This document shows, one piece after another, positions 48,311 to 60,365 of a stretch of 64,000 nucleotides of DNA. The translations under genes and the position numbers were made by a program. Where the stretch lies: positions 195,599 to 259,598 of the forward strand of contig MU057930.1 in NCBI GenBank assembly GCA_013265495.1. Reading direction: 5' to 3'. This DNA is from Vicugna vicugna (Eukaryota). The notes under the pieces were generated by a model. The model was not told the origin of the DNA. It searched no databases and saw nothing but the letters and a program-made list of their open reading frames with translations. Position 1 is the first letter of the stretch; each line of letters opens with the position of its first letter.

Positions 48311-48947
48311 CTGCCATTTCGTATTCTTTGTTAAAAAATCTCCCACTTGCTCCAGGTCCTTAACCCTCAGACCGACTGTGGGGTAAGGTGGGAGCTGTCC
48401 CAGAGGAGACGTGGAACTGGGGGGCCTGCGGGGCACAGACAGACAGTGCGGCTTAGTCAGTTAACGCTTTCATGGTGTCTCCTGGGTGTGGAACATGTTA
48501 CATAAAGTCCATCCTTTTGAAGGACACATTATTCTGCCCCTTTCTCAAAGGAGGTAGTGGCAGCGAGACAGACTCCCCATGGGGGCTGAACCCCGCCTTC
48601 CTCGGGGTCCTTCAGTGTCAATAGAAAATGTTGCTCTCTTTCTAAAAATGTGTAAGATGGGAGGTCAAACAGAAGTGCGATTTTTGAAATCTCCTGTGTC
48701 TTCAACACAAATCCTGCATTTCCAAGGATGAAGGCAGATCTGGGTGCCCGTTGGGGGCATCAGAAGACTCCTGATCCCGCAGCGTCTCCAGCTCTCCGTT
48801 ATCTAACCCGTCAGCTTCACCCTCTGACCTTTGCACGATGCCTGCGCGCTGCTAGGGTCTCCATGTGGTGCGTTGGTGACAGCATGGCTAGGTTTCCTTC
48901 GGGGGTGGGGGACATCCCGGGAGGACGTTGGTGAGGACTTGTCACGG

Positions 48948-48981
<34 letters not shown>

Positions 48982-49329
48982 ACCCGGGACAGCCGGCGGG
49001 TTGGGGCTCTCCCCCAGATGACAGCCGTGATGGGGAGCGGGTCGCAGGCACTGGCTGAGCCTGCGTTCGCTTTGGGCTTATCCGATCGCGCCACCTACCG
49101 GCCCTGCCGGGGCGAGTGCTGCCTGCCGGGTCGGCTGCCCCAGGCCCCCACGGCAGTGGTCGGCCCACCCGTGCACCTGCCTGTGGGATGCTCTGCTCTG
49201 TGTCACCTGCTGTCCTTCTGGTCTGAGGAGAGTGCAGAACAGGATGAGCCCATCCTTTTAGGGGTTTAGAGGTTGCTCACCCTGGGAGGGTTTCTCGTTG
49301 AAGATTCTGTAATAAACTTTTTTTATATC

Positions 49330-49614
49330 TCTTTTCTTAATGGAAGTCTAGTCAGTTTACAATGTTGCATCAATTTCTGGTGCACAGAATCATGTTTCAG
49401 TCATCCATATAGGTACACATATTCATTTTCCATCTCCTTTTTCGTGGTAGATGAATCTTTCCATATCTTTTACTACAAGATATGGATTATAGCTCCCTGT
49501 GCTATGCAGTAGAAACTTGTTCCTTTTTCTTTTCTTTTTTTTGTGTGGTGGGGGGGTGATAATTAAGTTTGTTATTTATTTTTAGAGGAGGGACTGGGGA
49601 TTGAACCCAGGACC
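49330..49614 (-). mobile_element. L1 3' end (~49330-49520) followed by a partial vic-1-type SINE (~49523-49614)
   Basis: L1 tail text; ggggattgaacccaggacc B-box. Confidence 0.7.
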
Positions 49615-50574
49615 CTACCCCTGGTCAAGTCTCTCCCCTCTGAGTATGTGGACACTGGCCTCCATCCTTCACTTTTTCTTTTTTTCATTTCATTAAAACT
49701 CTTTTTTTTCAGGAAGGTATATCTTTCCATGATAATGACTTTAAATATTTAATTAGTCCACGTGCCGTGCAGATGGGAGAATCAGAAGCAGTGTGGAAAG
49801 GAAAGGAGATTCTACATCTGGTTATGTTTCTCATAAAAATGTTCCCAGGGGCAGAAGCCTATCTCTTTTATATTAAACATATAAAGAACCCTCTTGACTT
49901 CTCATTAGCCCCTTAAAAAATATCACGGTGATTTCCACGATATTAAAAAGGCAGAATTTCAAGGGACATCGAGTGTCGAGGGGCAGACAGAGAATGGTGC
50001 CTTCACTTGCCTCTGGCCACGATGGCTGGCTGTTGATCGAATTTTGTTTTTAAATTATTCAAATCAGACATTCATGGTAAAATTCATATTCAGCACTGAC
50101 TTGAGGGCACTTGAGTGTTTCAGCCGGTTTTGTCTACCGGTGAAGAATGCAATTAAACAGGGTACCTCACTCCCCGAGGGGGGTGGCTGGAAAACAGAAG
50201 GTCACCTCCCAGAACTTCCTCATTTCATTAGTCTGGAATTTAATTTTGACGCTGACCTGCCAAGGATTAAAAGGTATGAAGAACCTTGGGTGAAAGGCCA
50301 CACACCCATTGAAATGATTGAAAGATCTCCTCCCCTCTTGACCCTCTTAACTTTCTTCTTCCCTTCTGTCCTTATTCTCTGAGACTCTGCCCTTCAAGGC
50401 AGGTCCTGTGGTGTTTCACCAAAGGAGAGAAGTGCTTCCTCATCTGGGTTTTAGATCTTCTTCTTCTTCTTTTTTTTTTCTGATAGCTACCTGCTGGGAA
50501 CAATTTCAGATCTGCTCCCAGAACATTAGTGAATTCATCTCATCTGTGTTGCTTGTGGTGAGTAAATTAATAAA

Positions 50575-51290
50575 TATGGATGGATAGAGACAGCCACATA
50601 GATGGGTGGATAGAGTGATAAATAGATAGGTAGCTGGATGTAGATAGTATATAGATAATAAATAAGTAGATAGATAGATGGATACATAGAAAGATAGATG
50701 GATAGGTGGAAGGATGGAAGGAAGGAGCGAGACAAGTTATGGAGAACTATACAACAGATGGATGGGTGGGTGGATGGATGAATGGATGGATGGATGGGTG
50801 GGTGGATGGATGGGTGGGTGGATGGTAGGAAGGAAGGATGGATGGAAGGAAGGATGGGTGGATGGCTGGAAAGAAGGAAGGATGGATGGATGAATGGATG
50901 AATGGATGGATGGACGGATGGATGGATGGGTGGATGGTTGGATGGATGGATGGATGGATGGATGGGTGGATGGATGGATGGATGGATGGGTGGGTGGATG
51001 GATGGATGGAAGGATGGAAGGATGGGGGGGGGGATGGAGGGATATGGGTGGGTGGATGGATGGATGGATGGATGATGGGTGGTTGGATGGATGGATGGAT
51101 GGGTGGGTGGATTGATGGATGGGTGGGTGGATTGATGGATGGATGGTTGGATGGATGGATGGATAAATAGATGATAGATGGATGGGTGGAAGGATGGAAG
51201 GAGGGAGGGAGGGAAGTTATGGAGAGCTAGACAACAGATGGATGGATAGATAGATAAATAGACAATCAATAGATGGATAGATAGAAAGAC
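50575..51290. repeat. (GGAT/GATA/GGAA)n compound array
   Basis: Directly visible. Confidence 0.95.
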
Positions 51291-51599
51291 ACAAGGGTGG
51301 AGGCAGGGAAAGAGAGAAGAGAGGATAGGACAGATGGACACAGGGCAGACGCAGTAGTCACCCACGAAGATGCCTCACCCAGGAGTCAACTGTCCAAGAG
51401 CCAAGACCGGACCAGCCCCTTGGTTGGTGAAGGCTCCCTGAACCCCCTACAACTTATGGGGCTGATGCATTTGCACTTAGAGAAGAGGAATGATACATGA
51501 CATTCATAATGAACCAACTGAGGACCAGGCTTTTTACATAGATTTTTACTGAATCCTCCCCAGACCCAGCGAGATGGCCACAGACACGTTCATGGTCAG

Positions 51600-52308
51600 A
51601 GGCATGAGAAGTTCCAGACGTTAAGCAGAGTTGTTCAAAATCATCGGATCGGTGTCCAGGGCCCACGGGGAGGTTGTAGCTGGTCCAATCATCCACGTTT
51701 CTGAAGACGCTGAGCTGATGAATCTGAGCACCGCCAGAGACCGGGGAGGGGAGAGGATGCACTTACTCGTGGGTTCCGTCCAGCTGGGGCTCTCCACCAT
51801 CTGGTCTGTGTTCCTTATAAAATCCTTACTGATCAAGATGTCATTGGATTGTTTGCAAAAGACATGACGGGCTACTAAAAATGGCATGCATTAAACTAAA
51901 TTTACAGCGGTTTCGATGGTAAGAAAATTGACCCCCGATAACATTAAAACCTTCACTGTATATTAGAAATGCATGGAATAGCTTATAAATGATTAAGCTT
52001 TTTTTTTAAACTTGGGTCAATGCCTAAAATATGAGTCAGATAAATCCCTGGGTAAATTTGAACTTTAAATGCCTGCAGAGTTGGTTTTTTTTTTTCTGGG
52101 TGGATACAACTTTCCGAAACATCCATAAAATTTTTCCGTCATAGCATCTTCCTTCGCATCATGACCCCATGAAAACAGAGCAAAGACTTTTCAAAATTGT
52201 GTTTTCCTTCCACCATCCTGGGCCAATAGAAGGCACAAGTATGTTAGGCCATGTTGATTTAGAAAGTTCTACTGCAGGATGTTTTAAATCCCTGCAGTAG
52301 GGTCTAAT

Positions 52309-52364
<56 letters not shown>

Positions 52365-52660
52365 CACAAAACTCGAGAGGAATGGAAATTTGATAAACCA
52401 GGTTGGATTTGACCGTACAACCCACGACGTGCCCACTTTTAGAGACAAACTTTTTTTTTGGCTTGATCATCTATTTAAGCTTTTTTTTTTTTTTTTTTTG
52501 GTCTGATTTTTTTTTTAAGCTTTTTTTTTTTTTTTTACTTACTAAAAAAAAAAAACAACTCCACACTTCTCTTTGAAATAAGGAAGGCCATCAGAACTCT
52601 GATGTGGATTCCACCCTTGTGACTCAAAACCACACGGGGAGCCCCGTTTTATAGGAACCA
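51600..52660 (-). pseudogene. GREB1-family C-terminal (predicted glycosyltransferase-like) region remnants
   Basis: Motifs resembling GRHEHG..N...DG, WPN-I-LV-PSI and AAHFLIKE, plus W..DPMILNNS (cf. WPFIVISDDS), in order. Donor cacga|gtaagt at ~51767, acceptor ctactgcag| near 52291. Confidence 0.65.
52312..52362. repeat. (CA)n microsatellite
   Basis: Directly visible. Confidence 0.95.
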
Positions 52661-53319
52661 CGCTTCCTCCCAGTTGCTTCTGCAGAGGTTGGTGGCTCCA
52701 CAGGGCGGAGGTTAGGCTCCCCGGAAGCGACAGCTGGTTGGGAAGGAAACAAAGCACCGCGCCCTGGGGGCCCCGCTCCACGTGCCCGGCCCCGGGGGGT
52801 GGGAGCGGGGGACATCTGCTTCTGCACACGACACACACGCAGCTGGGGAGCATCTGACGGGGCGATTACAAGGCGGGCTGGGCTCTGACACCTCGGTGAG
52901 CCTTGCAAACCTGAGAGCGACTTTGCAGACTTGCGTCGCCTCGGCCACGGTCGCTCCCGGCCCTGCCTGGGTGATGGAATTGTCTGGGGGGGCTTTAGAA
53001 ACACCGACGCCGGCCCCAGCGCCCCACCGCTCTGCTCTGAGACTCTGCTCTGCTGGGGGGTCCTGGGGGCAGCCTCTTCACCAAACGCCCGGACAGTAAA
53101 GACGAAATATTGCCTAAGAACAGGGTACAGGCAACCCTTCTGTCATGACTCAGCCCCCACCTCCAGGTGCCTGGGTGCAGAGGGCTCGTGGCTGCAGACA
53201 AACACCTCTGGGAGAGGAGGGGCCTCAAGCACGAGTCGGGGAGAGGCAGAGGGGGACGGGGGAAGTGGGGCGCCTTCACTTCGTGCCTCTGCTGAAACAA
53301 GGACCCACACCCAAAACGA

Positions 53320-53560
53320 CGCACACCTGTTGTGTGACATTCCTGGAGCTCAGATGTCTGAGATGGGCGTTGCTGGGTTAAAAGTGAGCTGTTGCCCGGC
53401 TCACGACCTGTGCAGAATTGCCTCGGGTGAATCCATTCCTTCCTTTGTCCACTTTCCAGAGGCCGTCTGCATCCTTGGCTGGTGGCCCTTTCCTCCATCT
53501 GGGCGTCTTTGGGGACCAGTGTTCCGCCGCCCACATGAGATCTGAATCATTCATGGCATC
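53320..53560 (-). mobile_element. MLT1-type LTR fragment
   Basis: ttcctggagctcagatgtctgagatggg, tttccagaggccgtctgcatccttggct. Confidence 0.55.
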
Positions 53561-54657
53561 CGGGAGCCTGGAAATAGGGTCTTCCCTGTGTGGGCCAAGG
53601 TGCAGGCCCAGGAAGGTGATGACTGCTGAGGGCACCAGCTTAGCAGAATTGAGAGGGTCCGTGCACGAGGCTGATGGGGAGATATGGGGAGAGGCACTGG
53701 GAAATGCCAGCAGAGAGAAGTCACCGTCTTCATATGAAGGGGACGCTTTATATGCGGATCCCTCTGTGACAACAGGATTACATCACGCCAAAGCAACTTA
53801 CAGGAATGGAGAGTTTCAGCCTCAGGATGGTGGCTGCGAGAAATACCACCGGTTTCCTTCAAGGGCAAACTGGAGTGTGTCTTCTCCTTCTGCTGTGTTT
53901 TCTGTTTGTTTGGTTGGTTTTCGGGTTTCCTTGGTTGTCAGTAACGAGCAGCCCGCTTTCCTGATGGGAAAGCGAACATTGCACACCGATGCTCGGGGAA
54001 GATGTTCGCAAAGGGCCCACAGTAGAACAAAAAGGACCCTGAGAGCCGCAGCCAAGAGCAGACAGATGGGCAGCTGTGGGGCAGGAGGGGGCTCTTGGGG
54101 AACAGGTTCGGGGTTGGGGGGCACCAGGAGAGTGGAAAGCAAGGATGGTACCTGGGGACAGTCAAGGGGGCATTTCCAGGACTGGGGACTGCCTGTGGCC
54201 TCTGTCTGCTTGCTTCCCCCCACCCCACCACACACTTCCTCTTTTCGTCCCCATGTGGCCCCGCCAACCACTTGTGAGCCCGCCGCTCCAAACTCCCTTT
54301 CTCTTTGATCCACAAGTGCCGGCTGCTTCTTCAACTGTCAGCTCAACTTCCGTCTGGTCCCCATCTGGGCTCCGGCAAGACCCCCAGGTCTCCACTAGGG
54401 TAGCATCCAGAGCGTCCGCCCCCCCCCCCAACCCCCCCCCCCCCAATATCACTGCTGGTAACACAGAGACACTTTCATAGTTTGTTCAAAGATTTGGTTC
54501 CCAGATGTCTCCCCCATTGGATTCAGTGGGTGTCTGGCTGAGTTTCGCTGATGTGTGAGAAGGCGGGATGGAGAGAGGAAGGGATGGGATGACGAAGGAA
54601 AGGAGCCAAGTGTGGAGGGAGAAGGGAGTGAGGAGAAGAGAAAGACAGGGGGAGAGT

Positions 54658-55080
54658 TGGATGGATGAATTTGAGCACATGGATGGGTGGATGGGTGGAT
54701 GGATGGGTGGATGGTTGTTTGGATGGGTGGATGGATGGATGGATGGGTGGATGGATGGGTGGATGGGTGGATGGATGGATGGATTGTGGATGGGTGGATG
54801 GTTGGATGGTTAGATAATGGATGGATGATGGATGGATGGATGGGTGGGTGGATGGGTGGGTGGATAGGTGGATGGTTGGATGGTTGGATGATGGATGGAT
54901 GATGGATGTTTGGATGGATGGATGGGTGGATGGATGATGGATGTTTGGATGGATGGATGGGTGGATGGATGACTGAGTGGGTCGCTGGATGGATGGAGGG
55001 ATGGATGAGTCTAAGTGGGTGATTGGGTGGATGGATGGATGGATATTTGAGTGAATGGATGGGTGGATCGATGGGCAGAT
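54658..55080. repeat. (GGAT/GGGT)n array
   Basis: Directly visible. Confidence 0.95.
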
Positions 55081-55988
55081 AAGCAGACAGAGAGACAAGG
55101 CAGGTTTATTAAAATGCCACCTAAGACTTCCCTCTTTGGCTCAGAAAGGTAGAATTGCATCCCCAATCCTGTGTCATTTCATCGGGCTGGGTCTCCCTTC
55201 CCTCCTTTGTCAACTGGCAGCTTCCAGGCTCCTCCTTCTCTGTGACATGTGGCTCCTCAGTGTCCCGTGGGGCAGCCTGAGCCTCTCTGGAGGACCCCTT
55301 CCAGCCCACCAGCCCCTGCCTCCTTGGGCCACACTTGAAACTCCAGAATGGGTCACGTTCCTCTGTTGGGAGCCCCCACCCCACAGATTCTTTCCCTCGC
55401 CCTTTACATCCCATCCCGTCCCGTCCTTCCCGCCAGGGAGCTGCCCCTGCGGGCGGGTGGCAGCCACCTTCTGACACAGGGAGCTTTGTTCAGGGCTTTG
55501 CTGACGAGGCCCCGGCTCCTGAGTGGGAAACCTGCCGGGCACAGCCCAATGCAGGACATTTTTTTTCCAAAGTCATTCAAATTCCTGGTCTTTGGTATCC
55601 TGTCTGCAAACAGGATCATACACTTCCTCCTCCTCACTGGGGCACGCGGCTTCTTGCCCTGTCCCTGCCAAACTGAGTTGGGGGGGGTGGGACTGCCTAC
55701 GTGGCCCACGGGGTGGCGGGAGACATGCCCCTACTCCAAAGAGGGGTCCATTCCCCAAAGCTTTATAACGAGTTCTCTCTGCAGATTGACCTGGTCGAGG
55801 TGCACAGCCTGAGAGGGAAGACAATCTTGGAATAATAAGGTTTGGTGAGAGAGTCTGGGCCGCCCCCCACCCCCGAAGGAAGAGTCGGCGGCACCTCAGT
55901 CATCCGGTGCAGACCTGGGGCGTCTGCACACAGGCCAGCTGAGGGGGTCCGGGGCCGGCGCCGCCCTAGACAGCCTCGCCAGAGTCAC

Positions 55989-56358
55989 CTGCCAGCTGGT
56001 CCACGGCTGACACTACCCGTGTGGCCGTGGCTTGCAAAGCTGGCTCCTAGCAAAGCCGGGAGAATTTGTGCATGGCGAGCACAAGGCAAACGAAACACGA
56101 AGGCCCTTTCTTCTTTCCATATAAATGGCTCCTCACATGCTGGGCAGAGGGGTAAAGACGGGGTGGTGGAGAAAGACAGACTCGCCCCCAGCACGGGGGC
56201 CACCTGTGGCGAGACGCACACACACCATGTGTCTTGGCCCCAGTCACTCTCCTCTTTGCGTCTGTGCTGTGATTTTTAACATACCCATTGCCACGGCAAG
56301 TAGCTTTGCAAATACCGATTTGCTGCCTGACGGAAAACGTTTCAGTTCCAACGCTACT
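55989..56358 (-). pseudogene. Two adjacent exons (56285-56358 and ~55989-56139) of GREB1-family relic that splice in frame
   Basis: ttttttatttttcaag|...tgg|gtatgt and ctttacccctctgcccag|...cag|gtgact. Joined frame VALELKRFPSGSKSVFAKLLAVAM-A-CEEPFIWKEERAFVFRLP... has no stop. Confidence 0.55.
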
Positions 56359-56769
56359 CTTGAAAAATAAAAAACCTACAACAGAGCAGCCGATTGCCCT
56401 AATCTTCAGCACCTCCTTCTCTGCGGTTAAAGAAGCCAGATGTAGAGGCCGTCTCCATGGGGAGGGGAAAACAAACCGGCCGAAGTGAGATGAGTCAGCG
56501 GGAAGCCCAGCGGAGCCCGGCAGGGCTGGGGCAGGGGTGGGGGGGTGGCGGGGACAGGCCGGGCGTGGCCCCCTGCTGCTTCGGTAAAGTCACCGCCCCA
56601 CAACGCCGTTTGTTTTCCAGCTGGTAGTGGAGCAAACAGACGAGGCCCTTTGTCCCGACCCGAGCAGAAGGCTGCTCTTTCTGTCCCTTCCACACCACGG
56701 TCAGAGGGGGAAAGGAAAGAAGGAACTAGGGTGCTCCCTGAGAAGCATTTGCTTAATTTATTATTAAAA

Positions 56770-57520
56770 ATTCTTTTTATTGAGGTGGACTTGATGTACA
56801 ATATTATTTAAGTTTCAGGTGTGCAACATAGTGATTCACAATTTTCAAAAGCTATGCGCCATTTATAGTTATAAAATATGGGCGGCGTTCCCCGTGTGGT
56901 ACAATGTGTCCTTGTAGCTTATGTATTTTATACATAGTAGTTTGTACCGCTGACTCCCCTCCCCCATCTTACCCCTCCCCCTTCCCTCTCCCCACTGCTC
57001 TGTTCTCTGTGAGTCTGCTTCTGTTTTGTTATACTCACTAGTTTGTAGCACTTTTTTAGAGTCCACATCTAAGTGATATCATACAGTGTTTGTCTTTCTC
57101 TGTCCGACTTATTTCACTTAGCACAATTTCCTCCAAGGCCTTTCATGGTGCTGCAAATGGCATGATTTCATTCTTTTTCATGGCTGAGTAGTATTCCGTT
57201 GTGTAAATACACCACATCTTCTTTATCCAGTCACCTGTTGATGGACATTTCGGCTTTTTCCATGTCTTGGCTGTTGTAAATAGTGCTGCTATGAACACTG
57301 GGGTGCAGCTGTCTTTTTGAATTAGAGTTTTTCTGGGTATATGCCCAGGAGTGGGACTGCTGGATCATATGGTGAGTTCACTTTTAGTTATTTAAGAAAT
57401 CTCCATACTGTTCCCCTTAGTGGCTGCACCAATTTACATTCCCACCAACAGCACAGGAGGGGTTCTTTTTTCTCCACATCTTCCCCAACATTTGTTATTT
57501 GTGATCTTTTTCGTGACAGC
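56770..57520 (-). mobile_element. L1 3' segment (end of ORF2 plus UTR)
   Basis: NVGEDVEKKEP...WWECKLVQPL..TVWRFLK on the minus strand; UTR and T tail. Confidence 0.9.
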
Positions 57521-57704
57521 CAGAATGTCGTACTATTTTCATATATTGTCATGACATATTGCTCTTTGGATTGTCTTTTCAACCCTGTAAGCATGTGCAA
57601 AGCGCTCTGTCCGGCTCACGGGCTCCACCCGATTAAGTGGTGGGCTGGGCTTTGACTTGCTGGCCCCAGTTTGCTGACCCTCAGTGTAGTTAAGAAGTTC
57701 ATGG

Positions 57705-58020
57705 CAAATGAACTTTAATACAGAACAGAAACAGATGCACAGACATAGAATACAGACTTGTGGTTGCTGGGAGGAGGCGGATTGGAAGGGACAGACTGGG
57801 AGTTTGAGATTTGCAGATACTGACACGTATATATAGAATAGATGAACACGTTTATAGTGTACAGCACAGGGAAATATATACAAGATCTTGTGGTAAGTCG
57901 CGGGGAAAAAGAATGTGAAAATGAGTACCTGTATGTTCATGTGTGACCGAAGCACTGTGCTGTGCACCAGAAATTGACACAGCATTGTATCCGACTATAT
58001 CTCAATTAAAAAAAAAAAAG
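57705..58020 (+). mobile_element. 5'-truncated L1 with TSD AAGAAGTTCATGG (57692-57704 / 58021-58033)
   Basis: Exact 13-bp direct repeat, TT|AAGA endonuclease site, clean A tail. Confidence 0.9.
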
Positions 58021-58268
58021 AAGAAGTTCATGGTTAACTGCAAAACTCTAGGGGTCACCGATGCATTCGTTCATTCCTTCAGAGGTATGGCTTTTGGAGC
58101 CTGCTTGGTGGCTGTCACTGATCAGAGCCCTTGAGATACGGGAAGAGGGTGACAAGTGTTGAGGACGAACAGTGCATCCAAGCTATTACAAGAAAGGAAG
58201 TTATTTTCTCCTACGCATCCTGGTTTCTCCAGCGAGGGTCCTCATAAGTGGGAACGGCCAGGACAGAG

Positions 58269-59160
58269 TGAAGACGTTAAAAACAAGACAGGTTCAAGGT
58301 GGAGTCACTTCTGATAAGACCCATGTCAGCAAACAGAGACTTGACTTAATGACAGTTTTGGCCTCTCACGGAGGTGGAATCTTAAACCAGGTCCTCAGGA
58401 GTCAGCCGGTGGGCAACAGAGAGGGAATGTGGCTCTAAGCACCTGCCATCCCCTGAGGGTAGAGAACTTGTCACCACCAACCTGCTTTCTGCTGGTGCAA
58501 CCATCCTGGTCCCCGCTCCCTTCTGCCTACAGAAATCTTTCATTTTTGTCCAGCTCCTCAGAACTCCTTTCTGTCTGCTCAGTGGCATGCTGCCGGATTT
58601 TTGAATCGTCAAATAAATTCAACAAGACCTTTACCATTGGCCTGGCTGAATTTTGTTTTTATTGTTGTGTATATTTATTTATTTATTTATTAAAGTCTAG
58701 TCAGTGTACAGTGTTGCATCCATTTCTGGTGCACAGCATCATGTTTCAGTCATACAGAGACATATAGATACTCCTTTTCGTATTCTTTTTAACCACAGGT
58801 GACTACAAGATATGGAACATAGTTCCCTGTGCTGTACAGTAGGACCTTGTTGTTTAACTATTTTATATATAGTAGTTGGTATCTGCAAATCTTGAACTCC
58901 CAATTTATCCCTCCCTACCCTCTTTCTCTCTGGTAACCATAAGTTTGTTTTCTGTCTGTTTCTGTTCTGTAAATAAGTTTGTCTGTTTTTAGATGCCAAA
59001 TATAAGTGATATGATATGGCATTTTTCTTTCTCTGTCTGACTGACTTCACTTAGAATGAAGATCTCCAGGACCATCCATGTTGCTGCAAATGGCATTATT
59101 TAATTTTTTATGGGTGAGTAGTATTCCATTGTATAAATATACCGATTTTATTTTTTAACA
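58269..59160 (+). mobile_element. ERV-type solo LTR interrupted near its 3' end by an antisense L1 (~58670-59145)
   Basis: Starts TGAAG, AATAAA at ~58612, ends tttaaCA at 59160; L1 3' text in between. Confidence 0.55.
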
Positions 59161-59179
59161 TGAGAGGGACACACGCAGA

Positions 59180-59450
59180 TGTAGTAGTAACATCAAAGGT
59201 CACTGATCACCTCAGCATCCCAAATATACTTATGATAAAAAAAAAAGTCTGAAATATTGCGAGAATCACCAGCCTGTGACACAGAGACATTAAGTGAGCG
59301 AATGCTGCTGGGAAAACTGTGCAAGTTTGCCACAAACTTTCCATTTGTTAAAAAACAAAACAAAACTGTATCTTAGAAGTCCTTTAAAAAAGCTGTAAAA
59401 AAAAAGCTTAAAAAAAGCTATATCTTATAGAATAAAATGAAGTCTGTCTA
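59180..59450. mobile_element. Tigger1 terminal fragment
   Basis: agtaacatcaaaggtcactgatcac, gaaatattgcgagaat, tgtgacacagagac. Confidence 0.7.
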
Positions 59451-59991
59451 CAGGTGTAAATGGAAAGAAGAAAGTTCATTGTGTTTTGTTTCCTTTGTCC
59501 TCATCATAAATAAACAAAATCTAGAATTCTCCCACCTCCTCGGCTCTGCAAGGGCTTTCTCTCTGGGTGTGGTAACAGACCAGTATCATCCTTATGGGAT
59601 CCCACCGGTTACATAACTGGTGACACCAAATGCCTTCCAGATGCTGAATGACTCCGTGTTTTTTGAAATCTGATTCATCGTCAGAAAATGAAGCTTACAG
59701 TACGTGGGTGTGGTTTTTCTGTCCGCTGAGTACAAGTCGCCTCTGCTTAACTCGAATGTTTAAACTCATCAGTTGGTGGAAACTTGGTGAAACTTCACAG
59801 GTGTGTTCTCAGCCGGGGGAGTGTTGAGGTGAGAAGTGGAATTTTGATACAAATAAGACCGGCAGCTTGAGCGTTCACTGTGTGTATGATTATTAATGCA
59901 TGTTTCCTGACGGGCTGTCTGTTGAAAACATTAAAAGAGCAGATTCCCCCGTCCTGGAGGTGAGGAACCTCCTATTTTATCGATCAATTGA

Positions 59992-60049
<58 letters not shown>

Positions 60050-60125
60050 CATCCATCCATCCACCCATCCATCCATCCATCCATCCTTCCAGCCCTGCAT
60101 CCAGCCAGCCATCCATCCATCCTTC
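59992..60125. repeat. (TCTG)(TCTA)n(TCCA)n array
   Basis: Directly visible. Confidence 0.95.
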
Positions 60126-60284
60126 TGTTCACCCTCCCACCCACCCACGCATCATCCTGTGCAGGTGCAGCTAAGCTCTGGGCTTCTTTCTGGGACCATT
60201 GTTCAGAAAATGGGGGCATTATCCTGTCCTGGGGGTGGAGTCTGTGGCCTTCGGACGTCAAAAAATCACCACTTGGACACTCAC

Positions 60285-60365
60285 AAATGCCCAGTTGGAG
60301 GGTCTGTGGTCATAACCAGTCTTAACCATCTTGAGCTCAGACTGGACACAACTGACCCCAAGTCC
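60285..60365 (-). pseudogene. Candidate 5' exon (81 nt) of GREB1-family relic
   Basis: Acceptor gttgtttttcag| and donor |gtgagt; 81 nt, open frame. Confidence 0.45.

Larger units (their letters stand above)
43961..60365 (-). pseudogene. Decayed multi-exon GREB1/GREB1L-family paralog (unprocessed pseudogene)
   Basis: Collinear remnants on the minus strand versus recalled GREB1/GREB1L: SGWRGHMGTKRGSV (~54232-54276; SGRGHMLIIRVPSV), VILLSQRDPHIKRPLHMK (~53728-53781; IVILTGKDPLGETFPRSLK), PCGFESQGWNPHQSSDG (~52587-52640; PTTGRHEHGLFNLYHAMDG), STWPNILVPSI (~52225-52257; KYWPNHIMLVLPSI), ARHVFCKQ (~51850-51874; AAHFLIKE), VKAPFSVC (49983-50006; VQEPFSRC), ERFLK (~47415-47429; EKFLQ), LRVIG-DDKKLRQ...EKWPRSLEGEF (~46995-47097; LCVICQDRSSLRQ...DEWQFRLRDEF). 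Many AG/GT-bounded exons, many stops and frameshifts. Confidence 0.75.

Noticed and set aside
50535..51365. HPSI/MDGW-repeat ORFs (also 3382-3874, 19147-19540, 23332-23703, 54523-55098, 59900-60410)
   Set aside because: Translations of tetranucleotide microsatellites
51540..51700. WD40-like string HLAGSGEDSVKIY on the minus strand
   Set aside because: Alternative frame of a segment better explained by the collinear GREB1-like motifs
53418..54308. 296-aa plus-strand ORF
   Set aside because: Begins in an MLT1 fragment and is the antisense shadow of GREB1-like relic exons
56117..56128. CArG-like ccatataaatgg
   Set aside because: Eight A/T bases between CC and GG instead of six, and it lies within a relic exon
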